From the human T2T-CHM13v2.0 reference genome, Homo sapiens: a stretch of DNA of 64,000 nucleotides. Numbering within the stretch: the first letter of the stretch is position 1; each line of letters begins with the position of its first letter. The position numbers and the translations under genes were made by a program. Shown piece by piece: positions 30,151 through 43,894 of this stretch. The notes beneath the pieces are model-generated. The model was given only the letters and a program-made list of their open reading frames with translations. It ran no database searches and was not told the origin of the DNA. The stretch is from NCBI RefSeq assembly GCF_009914755.1, contig NC_060927.1, one strand, 5' to 3'.

Positions 30151-31919
30151 TATTGTTTCTAATTAGGGAGCAAAGCAAAACTGCACATGGGGCATGGGCA
30201 AGGCACTCATGGCTTCCCTTCTCACCCCATGTGGGGAGGTGGAACAAGCTTCCTAGTCTTAGCCCTTTACTCAGATGCCAGCAATTTTCTGCCATGTTAC
30301 CTGGTGATGGGGCCCTCTGGTGGCAGGAGAGAATGTAATTTCTTTTTGAGAGACCAGCTTGCCCTTAGATCTGCTTTCAAGTGGAGGCGAAGGGTTGGGG
30401 AAAACCCCAGCAGATTCTGAAACTGCCATGCACAAAGGCCTCAGACTCAGATGCTGAGCTGTCCCTGTTGCTGCAGAACTGTTTATTTCCTTAGGATGTT
30501 GAACGTAAAATATACAACTAGACACTGCCTTCTCTTGCTCTCAAAATACCATCTCAGGCCATTGCTTGAGCCTCACCTAATAATTTGGATTCTGATATGA
30601 AAATCAACTTCCCTACCTCCAGCCTTAGGATGCTTCTGTATTGTTAATGCCAATGTTAGCAGCTTGTTTCTGAATCATTGGGGAGCTCTGTAAACACATG
30701 TTGATGGGAATTGACCTATCTTCTTAAGGTTAGGTCCTTAAGAAGCCCTAAACATTGAACAATGAAAATATCCTCAATTTTAGAAATTAAAAAAAAATCT
30801 GAAATTATAAAACAAGTATTAAAAAGTCAAAGAAAGATAAACTTTTAGCTATAATGACAACCTTAACGTCCTTTTTTGAACTATCAAGAATACATTTCTT
30901 TTCCAATTTCAGCTTTTTTGGTTAATTTTATTTTTCTAGTATCTTACCTTGTGTTTTATCCCTCTTTGGGTCATCCTGATCTGCTAGGTGTATAATAAGC
31001 TTTATGTCAGAGGTGAGTAAAATATTGATAACATTTTCTATCTATAAGATGTTTAATAATTTATAGGTTACTTAGGTATCTGTTATGTTTCAAAAATCTC
31101 ATGCCAATCCTGGTTAATTATGGATTTTCAAGAAATACTTTTTGAATGAAGAGGAAGGAGGAAGACGTTGTATCTTCAGATGAACAAATAGAGTCCTGGA
31201 GAGGTTGTGTGGATCCCTGGGCTAGCAGGGGTCAGAGTTGGCTCACCAACCCAGGTCTTCTCACTGCTTCTTTATATTGTATCTCAGCTGCTTGAGGCAT
31301 ACTTGATGATCCCTCATGAAAATGAACTCAATCATGCTTGAAGAAAAGTATGCTACACAATGGAAAGCTAAATAGTTTCTTTAGGCATTGAGATAAATCA
31401 TCATATAACAACATGTAATCTGCTAAGGCTGGGAGGAACCTTATTTTATGGATGAGGAAACTGAGGTCCATAGGAAGGAAGAGCTACAAGCAGGAGGTTG
31501 CGTGGTGGCTCACCAGAAGAGCTGTCAAGGAAACCCTGGTCTCAACCCAAAGACCTCCATAAAGGAGACAGCTGAAACAAGCTAGAGTAAGCCCGGTGCC
31601 TGTCACCGTTTGTAACCAGAGACAATGACCACACTGTTCACCCATTGTTTATTCTCCAAATATTTTGTAAAGCAAAGGAGAACACTATGGGATCTGCTAA
31701 CTATAAGGCCTTTCTACTTTCACCTTGTTTCACAAGGTCACAATTAAATGGGCCCTGTTCAAAAAATAGAAGGAAAACTATATATAGATTGAATCCAAAC
31801 CGAAAGATGAATCTAAACCACAAAATATTGGCTTGAACATAGGGCCTCATGGTGCCTGAGTTTTAATAAACATAAAATTCTTTCTTTGGGGAAACAACAT
31901 GATGGGGATACAGATTAAA

Positions 31920-32130
31920 GAGTACGGTTTAAAGGGTATTGCAAAGACCCTGAGGCTTGGAATGAGGAGTGTCAGATTGTGGAGATGCTTTCAACACTTC
32001 CACTGACTTTCTCTGTGACCTCGTGCAAGATGTTTCTTTCTTAGCCCTCAGTTTTTCCATTCACACAAATGACAAGGTTGGACTGCATATCATGCAGGCC
32101 CTTTATGGGATCTGACCTTCTGTGACATTA
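31920..32130 (+). mobile_element. MIR-like fragment
   Basis: CTGTGACCTCGTGCAAG...CCTCAGTTTTTCCAT. Confidence 0.55.
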
Positions 32131-32569
32131 AGTGTTCTCTTTATTTTTCATATTTTCACCCCTGATGGAAGAACAATTTGTTGACTTACTAAGAAGCAGA
32201 CTGTCATAAAAGCCAATCGTCTGCTTAACTCCATTACAATTTTTTGGGCGACAACTCCCTTCAGAGACTGGCTTGTATATATTGACACCACCTCAATTTA
32301 GGCACTGCGATGGCACTGGAATTCTATGACACCCACTCTTGAATTGAAGGAGGGCACGGTGACATTGGCATTTCTGCTTGGGGCTAGTGGTTGAATCACT
32401 GTTTAAAACTAGTAGTTGGGTTGTGATCCAAAGCTTATTGGAGCCAAAAGTTTCCACAAGGATGTCATTAAGAAAAGTGACTTTTATTCCCAGAGAAGAG
32501 AGCTGGGTCTCTCGAGACGATGAGGTCTATGAATAACGAGTGCCATCTACAGCATTTGAGCAATACCCA

Positions 32570-33490
<921 letters not shown>

Positions 33491-34074
33491 TTAATTCATT
33501 TAAACATACAAGAGTATAGTATGAAAGGGCCATAACATTAGATTTTATGTCGAAGTGTGGTTTGTTTTTTGACAGTGTAATGCTTATCCTGGGTGAAGAA
33601 AATGAACTCTTTCAGCCATCAGAGTATTCATTAATATTCTTGGAAAATCACCAAATAAAACTGCTACCCCAGAAGATCTAATGTGTCCAGCATAAGCTGA
33701 GCTGTACCTCTAGAGAGTTTATTTAACTGTGCCCTTCATGGGTTAAGGTCTATTTTTAATCAATGCTCATATATATTTTTAAAAACATTACACTAAGATA
33801 AACATCTGGAATGGCAATCATGATATTTCAGTTTTAAGAACACCAAAGGACTGTCCCGAAATGATGACAGGCTAATTGCTAACTGAGTAACACTCTATTG
33901 CAAAAATTGCAGTGTATTCATCAAAGTCCAGGTCCAATCTTCTACTTCATCTATACAAGTGAATGACTTCTTTAATTGCTATTCAACAATCATGGAAAAG
34001 AACGTCAAGTCTCAAATTATATATTTCTAAATAATAAGATCAGGATTTATACATTTTGTGGACAAATGTAAGTG

Positions 34075-34300
34075 GAAAAGATGGCAGCTCTTGGAATTAG
34101 ATGTCTGGACTTCATTTTGATGCTATCAATTATTAGCAGTTAATCGGAACAGGTTACTTGATCTGTCTACACTTCAGCTTCTTATTCTGTAAAGTGGGAA
34201 AATGTCTGTACAGTGCAAAATATCTGTACAGTGCACGGAATAGAAGCTGGTACAGAATAACTATCTGCTAAGTGGTAGCTATTTTAATCATTATCATTGT
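34075..34300 (+). mobile_element. MIR fragment
   Basis: CTTCAGCTTCTTATTCTGTAAAGTGGG; terminal TAGCTATT...ATTAT. Confidence 0.55.
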
Positions 34301-35245
34301 TACTAATATTATATATTTTTCCTTGATTGTATATTTACACTGAAAGAAATTATTTATATTATAACTGGAACAGTGTTGGGCTCTTGGCTATATTTAGATC
34401 ACAGCAACAAGGCCTGCAGTGGAGAGGACAAGCCTGGGGCTGACTGGTTTGGAGGCCGAGGAAGTCTGCCTGCTGCAGAGGCTTGGCATTTGGGCAGCTA
34501 TGGTCTACATCCAAAGGTTCAATATACACACCAAGGTCAGGTAGGGGCTGGGGCCAGCAAGGGAAGGGTAAGTAAGAGGGTGCAAAAGAATAAGGGAAAA
34601 CTCAGCAGCAGGAAGATGTTACTCAAAGTCAGGAAAGAGGCAGGATCCCGAGTGCAGGGCCTCAGTAAGAGGCAAAGCTGTTGCTCCTGGAAATGAGTCT
34701 GCAAAAGCTCAGCAGACTTCTAAGGTTTTAGTTATGAGACAGGATATTGGGACCAGGAAGTTGGGGGAAACCAAGGAAAAACCCAATCGAATCTTGGTTT
34801 GGGCCAATGGTTCTTCCTGTGCACACTGACTGTGTAGGTCAATGACAGCAGGATTTAATGTCAGGGTCCAGAAATCTGGACAACATCTCTGTTGGTGGAC
34901 AGAGATTGTTGGTAAACCCTCTTCTCCACTTAGGCACTGAGGTAAGCACAGTCGGTGTGAACTCAGAAATCACAGAGACAGTTCAGTAAGGCAGCTAATC
35001 AGATCTGCTTCTCAGGAGAGTTGCAAAGATCCACCGATTAAATATGTGGGACAGAGCTAACGGCTATTTCTTTGGGCAGTATCTAGGAAAATTTTTCTGG
35101 CTTGAGATATAGGGAATAATTATGCAGAGAATTCTTTAAGTTAAAACCCAACAGGGAAATACAGTGAAAGGGGAATGATTCATCTGACAAACTAGGGAAA
35201 ATTAAAAGATTGTATAACAGGAACATCACCACAGGGTTTTTAAGG

Positions 35246-35408
35246 CTTCTCTAAAAGATTTCCTGGATTCTTTTTAAAAAGTTTTAAGATTAAAGATATT
35301 TGCATTATACTTTTCCTGTAGTATACGTTTCCTTCTCTAAAAGATTTACTGGATTCTTTTTAAAAAGTTTTAAGATTAAAGATATTTGCATTATACTTTT
35401 CCTATAGT
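35246..35408. repeat. Direct duplication, 2 x 77 bp, with a 9-bp spacer
   Basis: 35246-35322 and 35332-35408 differ at 2 positions. Confidence 0.95.
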
Positions 35409-35517
35409 GGAAGTTGCCCAGGGAAGACAATTTTTACTTAATGGCTACTAGTCAGTTCTTTTAACTGTCTTCCCCCATCATCAACTCAGACTACCACCAC
35501 TAAAAACTGCCTTAAAG

Positions 35518-35569
35518 AAAAACAACAACAACAACCACCACCAAAACAAAACAAAACAAAACGACAACA
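35518..35569. repeat. (AAC)n/(AAAAC)n microsatellite
   Basis: Direct reading. Confidence 0.85.
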
Positions 35570-37242
35570 ATGAGTTCTCACTGAACGCAGAGGGGAAGAG
35601 CAAGAACTTTGGAACCAGAAAAGCTTTGTTTAAGGCAATGAAGTATCCTGGAATTGAAGCAGCTTTACTTTTTTTTCTGAAAATACAGGTATAGCTCTTT
35701 CTTGAAGGCCAAGTAGATGGAGCGAAGGATGCTATAAAACTGATGCCAAAGTAAGAGATATATCATATATATTACCAGGAAATATACAACAATTTTATTA
35801 CAATCTTAAATATATACACGCATAGGTTGGAGATACTGTTGATTTGCTTCCACTCTACTGTCTAAAGCAATATCACAATAAAGTGAATCACATAATTTTT
35901 TGGTTTTCCAGTGCATATAAAAGTTATTTCTACAGTATACTATAGTCTATTAAGTGTACAATAGCATTATATCAAAAACCCCAAGGTACATACCTTAATT
36001 AAAAATACTTTATTGCTAAGAAAATGGTAACAATCATCTGAGCCTTAAGTGAGCTGTAATCTTTTTACTGGTGGAGGGTCTTGTCTGTATGTTGATGGCT
36101 GATGACTGAATAGGGTGATGATTGCTGAAGGCTGGGAAGGCTGTATCAATTCCTTAAAATAAGACAGCAATAAAGTTTGCCACATCAATTGACTCTTCTT
36201 TTCATGAAAGATTTCTCTTTAGCATGTGATGCTGTTTGACAGCATTTTTCCCACAGCAGAATTTTCAAAATTGGAGTCAATTATTTGAAACCCTGCTGCT
36301 GCTTTATCTTCTAAGTTTATGTAATAGTTTAATCCTTTGTTGTCATTTCAACAATGTTCACATCATTTTACCAGGAGTAGATTCCATTTCAAGAAACAAC
36401 TTTCTTTGCTTCTCCGTAAGAAGTAACTCCTCATCTGTTAAAGTTTGATCATGAGATTATGCAATTCAGTTACATCTTCAGGCTCCACTTCTCATTCTAG
36501 TTATTTTGTCATTTCCAGCATGTTTGCAGGCATTTTCTCCAGTCAAGTCTGGAACCCCTCAGTTATCCATGAATGTTGAAATTAACTTATTCCAAACTTC
36601 TGTTAATATTGGTATTTTGACTTCTTCCCATGAATCATGAATGTTCTTAATGACATCTAGAATAATGAATTCCTTCCAGAAGGTTTTCAATTTACTTTAG
36701 CCAGATACAGCAGAAGAACCACTGTTTATGGCATCTATAGCCTTACAAAATGTATTTCTTAAGACCAGAAAGTCAACATTATTCCTTGATCCATGGGCTG
36801 CAAAATGAATATATGTTAACAGGCATGAAAACAACATTAACTTCTTGTGCAGCTCCATCAGAGCTCTTGGATGCCTAAGTGCATTGTCAATGAGCAGTAA
36901 TATTTCAAAAGAAATATTTTTTTCTGAGCAGTAGGTCTTAAGAGTAGGTTTAAAATATTTGCTACATCATGCTATAAAAAGATGTGTTATCAATCAGGCT
37001 TTTTGTTCTATTTAAAGAGCACAGTCTGAGTAGATTTATCATAATACTTAAGGGTCCCAAAATTCTCAGAAAGGTAAATGGGTATTGACTTAAAACTAAA
37101 GTCACCAGATGCATTAATCCCTAAAAAGATGAGTCAGCCTATCCTTTGATGCTTTGAAGCCAGTCATTTCTTGTTCCTCTTAGAAAGTCCTAGTTGGCAT
37201 CTTTTTCCAATAGAAGGCTGTTTTTTTTCTACCTTGGAAATC

Positions 37243-40200
37243 TGGGCTACATGAGTTGGATCATGGTGGATGGGACTCAAGACTAGATTCAGCTCCAGAC
37301 AGAGCAGCATGAGGAGGCTTGCACTGTGAATTTTACCTCCAGATCGACTGCAAGAACAAACCAGCAATCTCAAGAGGACCCACAGACCCTCTGAAGGAAG
37401 CGAATGCTCCTGCAGGACCTGGGAGACACTCCAAATACTGTGAGTGCCCCAACTGCAGAAGAGCGAAAGGGAGACCCTCCCGTCCGCAACACACACCCCC
37501 ACTGGAGAAGCTGAAGATCTGTTTGCAGGAGAAGTTTCCAACTTCACCTGGAGCTGAGTCAAGTTAGAGAGCTGAGCGAAATACAGGGGTAGAGGAGCAG
37601 CAGAAAGGCCTTGAGAGCTCGCTTGGTCCCCAGGCAACCCATTCCTGCATGGCACCACAGCGATCCACTGGGAGGGTAGCCAGAGGAGCAGGGAGTAAAA
37701 CTCCACAGGGAGAAGGAATTCTCTAGCTGAACTTTGTAATAATTTGAACAGGGTGAAAAGCCTCCCGGCCACAACTAGGGGAAGGGTGGGAATAGGTTGG
37801 GCAGACTTCACAGGCACAGGCACGGAAGAACTAAAGCCCTTTTCTCTTGCAGCTGGGAGGCAGATAGCCTCAGGCAAGTTTTCAAGCCCCTCTCGCCCTC
37901 CACCTGGAAACAGGCTTGGGGCTGTGGGTAGTGGGGGCATAGTGGGAGTGAGACTGGCTCTTCAGTTTGCAATGGGAGCTGGGTGAGGCCTCTGACTGCT
38001 TGCTTTCCCCCACTTTCCTGACGACCTTCATGACTCAGCAGAGGCAGCCATAGTCCTCCTAGGTACACAACTCCAGTGACCTGGGAATCTCACCCCCATA
38101 CCCCACAGCAGCCACAGCAAGACTGGTCCGAGGAGAGTCTGACCTCAGACACACCTAGCCCTGCCCCCACCTGACGGTCCTTCCCTATCCACACAGGTAG
38201 CTGAAGACAAAGGGCATATAATCTTGGGAGTTCTAGGGCCCTGCCCACCACCAGTTCCTCTCCACACTACTACAGCTGATGCTTTCTGGAAAGCGCCACC
38301 TCCTGGCCCAAGGCTAACCAGCACAAAAATAGAGCATTAAACCACCAAAGCTAAGGACCTTTAGGGAGTCCACTGCACCTTCTGCCACCTCCACCAGAAA
38401 AGGTGCTGGTATCCATGACTGAGAGACCCATAAACGGTTCACATCACAGGACACTGTGCAGACAACCCCCAGTACCAGCCAGGATGGAAATTTAAAAAAT
38501 CTTTGAACTGAATGACAATAATGACACAACCTATCAAAACCTCTGGGATACAGCAAATTTGGTGCTAAAAGGAAAGTTCGTAGCCCTAAACACCTACATC
38601 AAAAAGCCTAAAAGAGCACAAACAGACAATCTAAGGTCACGCCTCAAGGAACTAGATCAACAAGAACTGACTAAGCCCAAACTCAGCAGAAGAAAGGAAA
38701 TAACCAAGGTCAGAGAAGAACTAAATGAAACTGAAACAAACAAACAAAAAACACAAAAGATAAATGAAACAAAAAGCTGGTTCTTTGAAAAGAGAAATAA
38801 AATTGATAGACCATTGGCAAGATTAACCGAGAAAAGAAGAGAGAAAATCCAAATAACCTCACTAAGAAACAAAACAGGAGATATTACAGCTGACACCACT
38901 GAAATACAAAAGATCATTCAAGGCTACTATGAACAACTTTATGCACATAAACTAGAAAACCTAGAAGAGATGGATAAATTTCTGGGAAAATACAACCTTC
39001 CTAGCTTAAATCAGGAAGAATTAGATAACCTGAACAGACCGATAACAAGCAGCAGGTTTGAAATGGTAATTTAAAAATTACCAACAAAAAAAATTCAGGA
39101 CCAGACAGATTCAGAGCAGAATTCTATCAGACATTCACAGAATTGGTACCAATCCTTTTGACACTATTCCACAAGATAGAGAAAGAAGGAACCCTCCCTA
39201 ATGCATTCTATGAAGCCAGCCTCACCCTAATACCAAAACCAGGAAAGGACATAACCAAGAAAGAAAACTACAGACCAATATCCTTAATGAACATAGATGC
39301 TAAAACCCTTAACAAAATACTAGCTAACCGAATCCAACAGCATATCAAAAAGGTAATCCACCATTATCAAGTAGGTTACATAACAGGGATGCAGGGATGG
39401 TTTAACGTACACAAGTCAATAAATGTGAAACACCACATAAGCAGAATTGAAAACAAAAATCACATGATCCTCTCAATAGATGCAGAAAAAAGCATTCAAC
39501 AAAATCCAGCATTCCTTTATGATTGAAACTCTCAGCAAAATCGGCATGCAAGGGACATACCTTAATGTAATAAAAGCCATCTATGACAAACCCACAGCCA
39601 ACATAATATTGAATGGGGAAAAGTTGAAAGCATTCCCTCTGAGAACTGGAACAAGAAAAGGATGCCCACTCTCACCACTCCTTTTCAACATAGTACTGGA
39701 AGTCCTAGCCAGAGCAATCAGACAAGAGAAAGAAATAAAGGGCATCCAAATCGGTAAAGAGGAAGTCAAAATGTCACTGTTTGCTGACGATATTTATCAT
39801 TTACCTTGAAAACCCTAAGGACTTCTCTAGAGAGCTCCCAGAACTGATAAAATAATTCAGCAAAGTTTCCAGATACAAGATTAATGTACACAAATCAGTA
39901 GCTCTTCTATACACCAACAGCGACCAAGCAGAGAATCAAATCAAGAACTCAGCCCCTTTTACAAGCTGCAAAACAAATAAACAAACAAAAAACCACCTTA
40001 GGAATATACATAACAAAGGAGTTGAAAGACTTCTGCAAGGAAAACTACGAAACACTGCTGAAAGAAATCATAGATGACACAAACAAATGGAAACACATTC
40101 CATTCTCATGGATGGGTAGAATCAATATTGTGAAAATGACCATACTGCCAAAAGCAATCTACAAATTCAAGCAATCCTCATCAGAATACCAGGATCTTTC

Positions 40201-41720
40201 TTCACAGAATTAGAAAAAAAAATTCTAAAATTTATATGGAACCAAAAAAGAGCTCACATAGCCAAAGCAAGACTAAGCAAAAAGAGCAAATCTGGAGACA
40301 CCACACTACCTGATTTCAAACTATACTATAAGACCATAGTCACCAAAACAGCATGGTACTAGTATAAAAATAGGCACATAGACCAATGGAACAGAATAGA
40401 GAACCCAGAAATAAACCCAATTACTTCCAGCCAACTGATCTTCAACAAAGCAAACAAAAACATAAAGTGGGGAAAGGACACCCTTTTCAACAAATGGTGC
40501 TGGAGTGATTGGCTAGCCACATGTAGGAGAATGAAACTGGATCCTCATCTCTCACCTTGTACAAAAATCAACTCCAGATATATTAAGGACTTAAACCTAA
40601 TACCTGAAACTATAAAAATTCTAGAAGATAACATTGGAAAAACTCTTCTAGACATTGCTTTAGGCAAGGATTTCATGACCAAGAACCCAAAAGCAAATGC
40701 AATAAAAACAAAAATAAATAGCTGGGACCTAATTAAACTAAAGAGCTTTTGCACGGCAAAAGGAACAGTCAGCAGAGTAAACAGACAACCCACAGAGTGG
40801 GAGAAAATCTTTACAACCTATACATCTGCCAAAGGACTACTATCCAGAACTGCAATGAACTCAAATCAGTGAGATAAAAACAAACAATGCCATCAATAAG
40901 TGGGTTAAGGACATGAACAGACAGTTCTCAAAAGAAGATATACAAATAGCCAACAAACATATGAAAAAATGCTCAACATCACTGATGATCAGGGAAATGC
41001 AAATCAAAACTACAATGAGATACCACCTTACTCCTGCGAGAATGGCCATAATCAAGAAATCAAAAAACAGTAAACACTGGCATGGATGTGGTTAACAGGG
41101 AACACTTCTACACTGCTGGTGGGAATGTAAAGTAGCACAGCCACTATGGAAAACAGTGTGGAGATTCCTTAAATAACTGAAAGTAGAACTACCATTTGAT
41201 CCAGCAATCCCACTACTGGGTATCTACCAGAGGAAAAGAAGTCATTATTCGAAAAAGATACTTTCACATGCATGTTTGTAGCAGCACAATTCACAATTGC
41301 AAAATTGTGGAACCAACCCAAATGCCCATCAATCAATGAGTGGATAAAGAAACTATTATATATATATATATGCTATGCAGCCATAAAAAGGAATGAATTA
41401 ACAGCATTTGCAGTGACCTGGATGAGATTCGGGACTATTATTCTAAGCGAAGTAACTCAGGAATGGAAACCAAACATTGTATGTTATCACTGATATGTGG
41501 TAGCTAAGCTATGAGGACGCAAAGCCATAAGAATGATACAATGGACTTTGGGGACTTGGGGGGAAGAGTGAAAGAGGGGTGAGTGATAAAAGACTACAAA
41601 TATGGTGCAGTGTATACTGCTTGGGTGATGGGTGCACCAGAATCTCACAAATCACCATTAAAGAACTTACTCATGTAACCAAATACCACCTGTATCCCAA
41701 TAACTTACAGAAAAAAAAGA
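37243..41720 (+). mobile_element. L1PB1-like element: 5'UTR joined directly to ORF2 (ORF1 and most of the EN domain missing)
   Basis: L1PB-type 5' end GATCATGGTGGATGGG...GACTAGATT; junction at ~38480; fragmented ORF2 38559-41493; L1PB1-type 3'UTR AAGAATGATACAATGGACTTTGGGGAC; short G(G/A)AAATC TSD. Confidence 0.88.
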
Positions 41721-41930
41721 AAATCAGATGTTTAGTGTAGCCAGCTTCATCAATTATCTTAGCTAAATCTTCTGAATAACTTGTGGCTCCTATATCAGCA
41801 CTTGCTGCTTCACCTTGCACTTTTAGGAAGACAGCTTTTTTCTTTAAACCTCATGAACCAACTTATACTAGCTTCCAACTTTTCTTCTGCAGCTTCCTCA
41901 CCTGTCTTAGCCTTCATAGAATTGAAGATA

Positions 41931-42454
41931 AAAGCAGCCCAATTTTCTCATAGAACTGATGTTTATGGTTTCTTTTGAGGAAACATAGAAATTGACCCTC
42001 CCAGTCTTGAAACTTGAGGAAATTATTTTTGTCTTATCCGAGTTTCTTTCTCAGGAAACCAAACATTTGGGCTCCCGGATAGTATCAAGGAATTGAAACT
42101 TACCAGATCACTGCATACGGACAATAAGATGCCAGACCCCGCACCCACCATGATTGCCTAAGTGACCTTCCACTTCCTGTTGACCAACTCCTGCTCCTTG
42201 CTCCTCCCTAATTTCTGTTTTCCCATATGTGGTTACATTTCTTCTCTGCTATATAAACCCCTAATTTTAGTCTGCCAGGAGGACGGATTTGAGACTGATC
42301 TCCCATCTTGGCTGCAGTACCCAGTTAAAGCCAATACTCATTGTCTCAGTGATTGGCTTTCTGTGTGGTGAGCAACAGGACCTAGACTGAACCCTGGTGT
42401 TTTGGTAACAAAGAGCAACAGGACCTAGACTGGACCCTTGTGTTTTGGTAACAA
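41931..42454 (+). mobile_element. ERV1 LTR (MER39B-like) with its last 43 bp duplicated
   Basis: ATAGAACTGATGTTTATGG...AAACATAGAAATTGACCCTCCCAGTC; TATATAAA box; ends TTGGTAACA twice. Confidence 0.75.
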
Positions 42455-42998
42455 GGAGAGTTAGGTCATCGCCCTGGATTAGGCTTCGGCTTAAGGGAAT
42501 GTTGTAGCTTGTTTGATCTTCTTTACAGATCACTAAAACTTTGTATCTGCAATAAGGCTGTTTTGCTTTCTTAACATTTGTGTATTCATTGAAGTAGCAC
42601 TTTCAATTTCCTTCAAGATTTTTTCCTCTACATTCACAGTTTGGCTGTTTGGGGTAAGACGCTCAGCTTTCAGTCTTTTTTGTTGTTGTTGTTTTCAACA
42701 TTCTTTTCTCACTAAGCTTAATCATTTCTAGCTTTTGATTTAAAATGAGAGACATGCAAATCTTCCTTTTACTTTAACCCTTACAAGTCATTGTAGGATT
42801 ATTTATTGGACTAATTTCAAAATTGTTATGTCTCAAAGAGGAGAGAGTCCTAAGGAGACAGAGAAGGACGGGAGGATGACCAGTTGGTAGGACAGTCAGA
42901 GTATACACATTTGTCAATGAAATTTGCCATTTTATAAGACCATGGTTTGTGGCACCCCAAAACAATTACAATATTAACATCAAAGATCACTGATTATA

Positions 42999-43421
42999 GG
43001 CTAGGCGCAGTGGCTTATGTTTGTAATCCCAGCACTGTGAAAGGCTGAGGTGGGATTACAAACATAAGCCACTGCATCTAGCCTGTAATCAATGATCTTT
43101 GATATTAATATTGTAATTATTTTTGGCGTGCCACAAACCATGCTCTTATAAAATGACAAATTTAAATGGCAAACTCCTCAGGGCTAGGAGTTTGAGACCA
43201 GCCTGGACAACATAGTAAGACAACAATGTCTACACACACACACCCACAGATGCACACACACAAAAGCCGGGTGTGGTGGTACCCATCTGTAGTCCTAGCT
43301 ACTGGGGAGGCTGAGTGAGAGGATCACTTGAGCCCAGGGTAGAGGTTATGGTGAGCTATGATTGCGTGACTGCACTCCAGCCTGGGTGACAGAGTGAAAC
43401 ACTGTCTCTTAAAAAACAAAA
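42999..43421 (+). mobile_element. AluJ-like element with an inverted duplication inside its left arm and a CA-rich linker
   Basis: TSD ATCACTGATTATA at 42986-42998 and 43422-43434. Confidence 0.9.
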
Positions 43422-43894
43422 ATCACTGATTATATATAACCATAACAGATAGGATAATAATGACAATGAAAAAATGTTTAAAATAGTTTGAGAATTACAA
43501 AAATGTGACACAGAGAAACGAAGTAAGCATGTGCTGGTGGAAAGATGGTGCCAATAGACTTGCTCAATGCAGAGTTGCCACAAACCTTCAGATTGTAAAA
43601 AATGCACCATCTGCAAAGTGCAATAAAGTGGAGTGCATTAAAATGAGGTATGTGTGTACAGTTTTTCTCTAACTAAACTATCTGTTTGAATAAAATGCTA
43701 CCTAGTATTTAGTTGTAGAGTTTCTCCTGGCTAAATTAAAAGTTTTGTCTATGAACACTTAGGCTAGAAATATGAGATCCTTTTCTAAGGTCCCCAGGTA
43801 GTTAGAAGAGATCTCTTAATGCCCAGTCTAAAAGTACCACTGTCTTTCTTCTAGTGTTATCTCTTATTTCCTCTTCTTTCCAAAGACCTTCTAC

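Larger units (their letters stand above)
35817..43656 (-). mobile_element. Essentially complete Tigger1 (TcMar) DNA transposon in four pieces
   Basis: Degenerate TIRs CACGCATAGG.../...GAGGTATGTGTG flanked by TA (35815-16, 43657-58); pieces ~35817-37243, 41722-41930, 42455-42998 and 43435-43656 sum to ~2.4 kb. Confidence 0.9.

Noticed and set aside
33860-33890. ATGATGA...CTGA resembling snoRNA C/D boxes
   Set aside because: Boxes are too close together and there is no terminal stem
34370-34870. Purine-rich 107-aa ORF region
   Set aside because: No homology recognised; may be an ancient LTR relic that I cannot assign
37164-37940. 258-aa minus-strand ORF
   Set aside because: Antisense to a GC-rich L1PB 5'UTR; no recognisable domain
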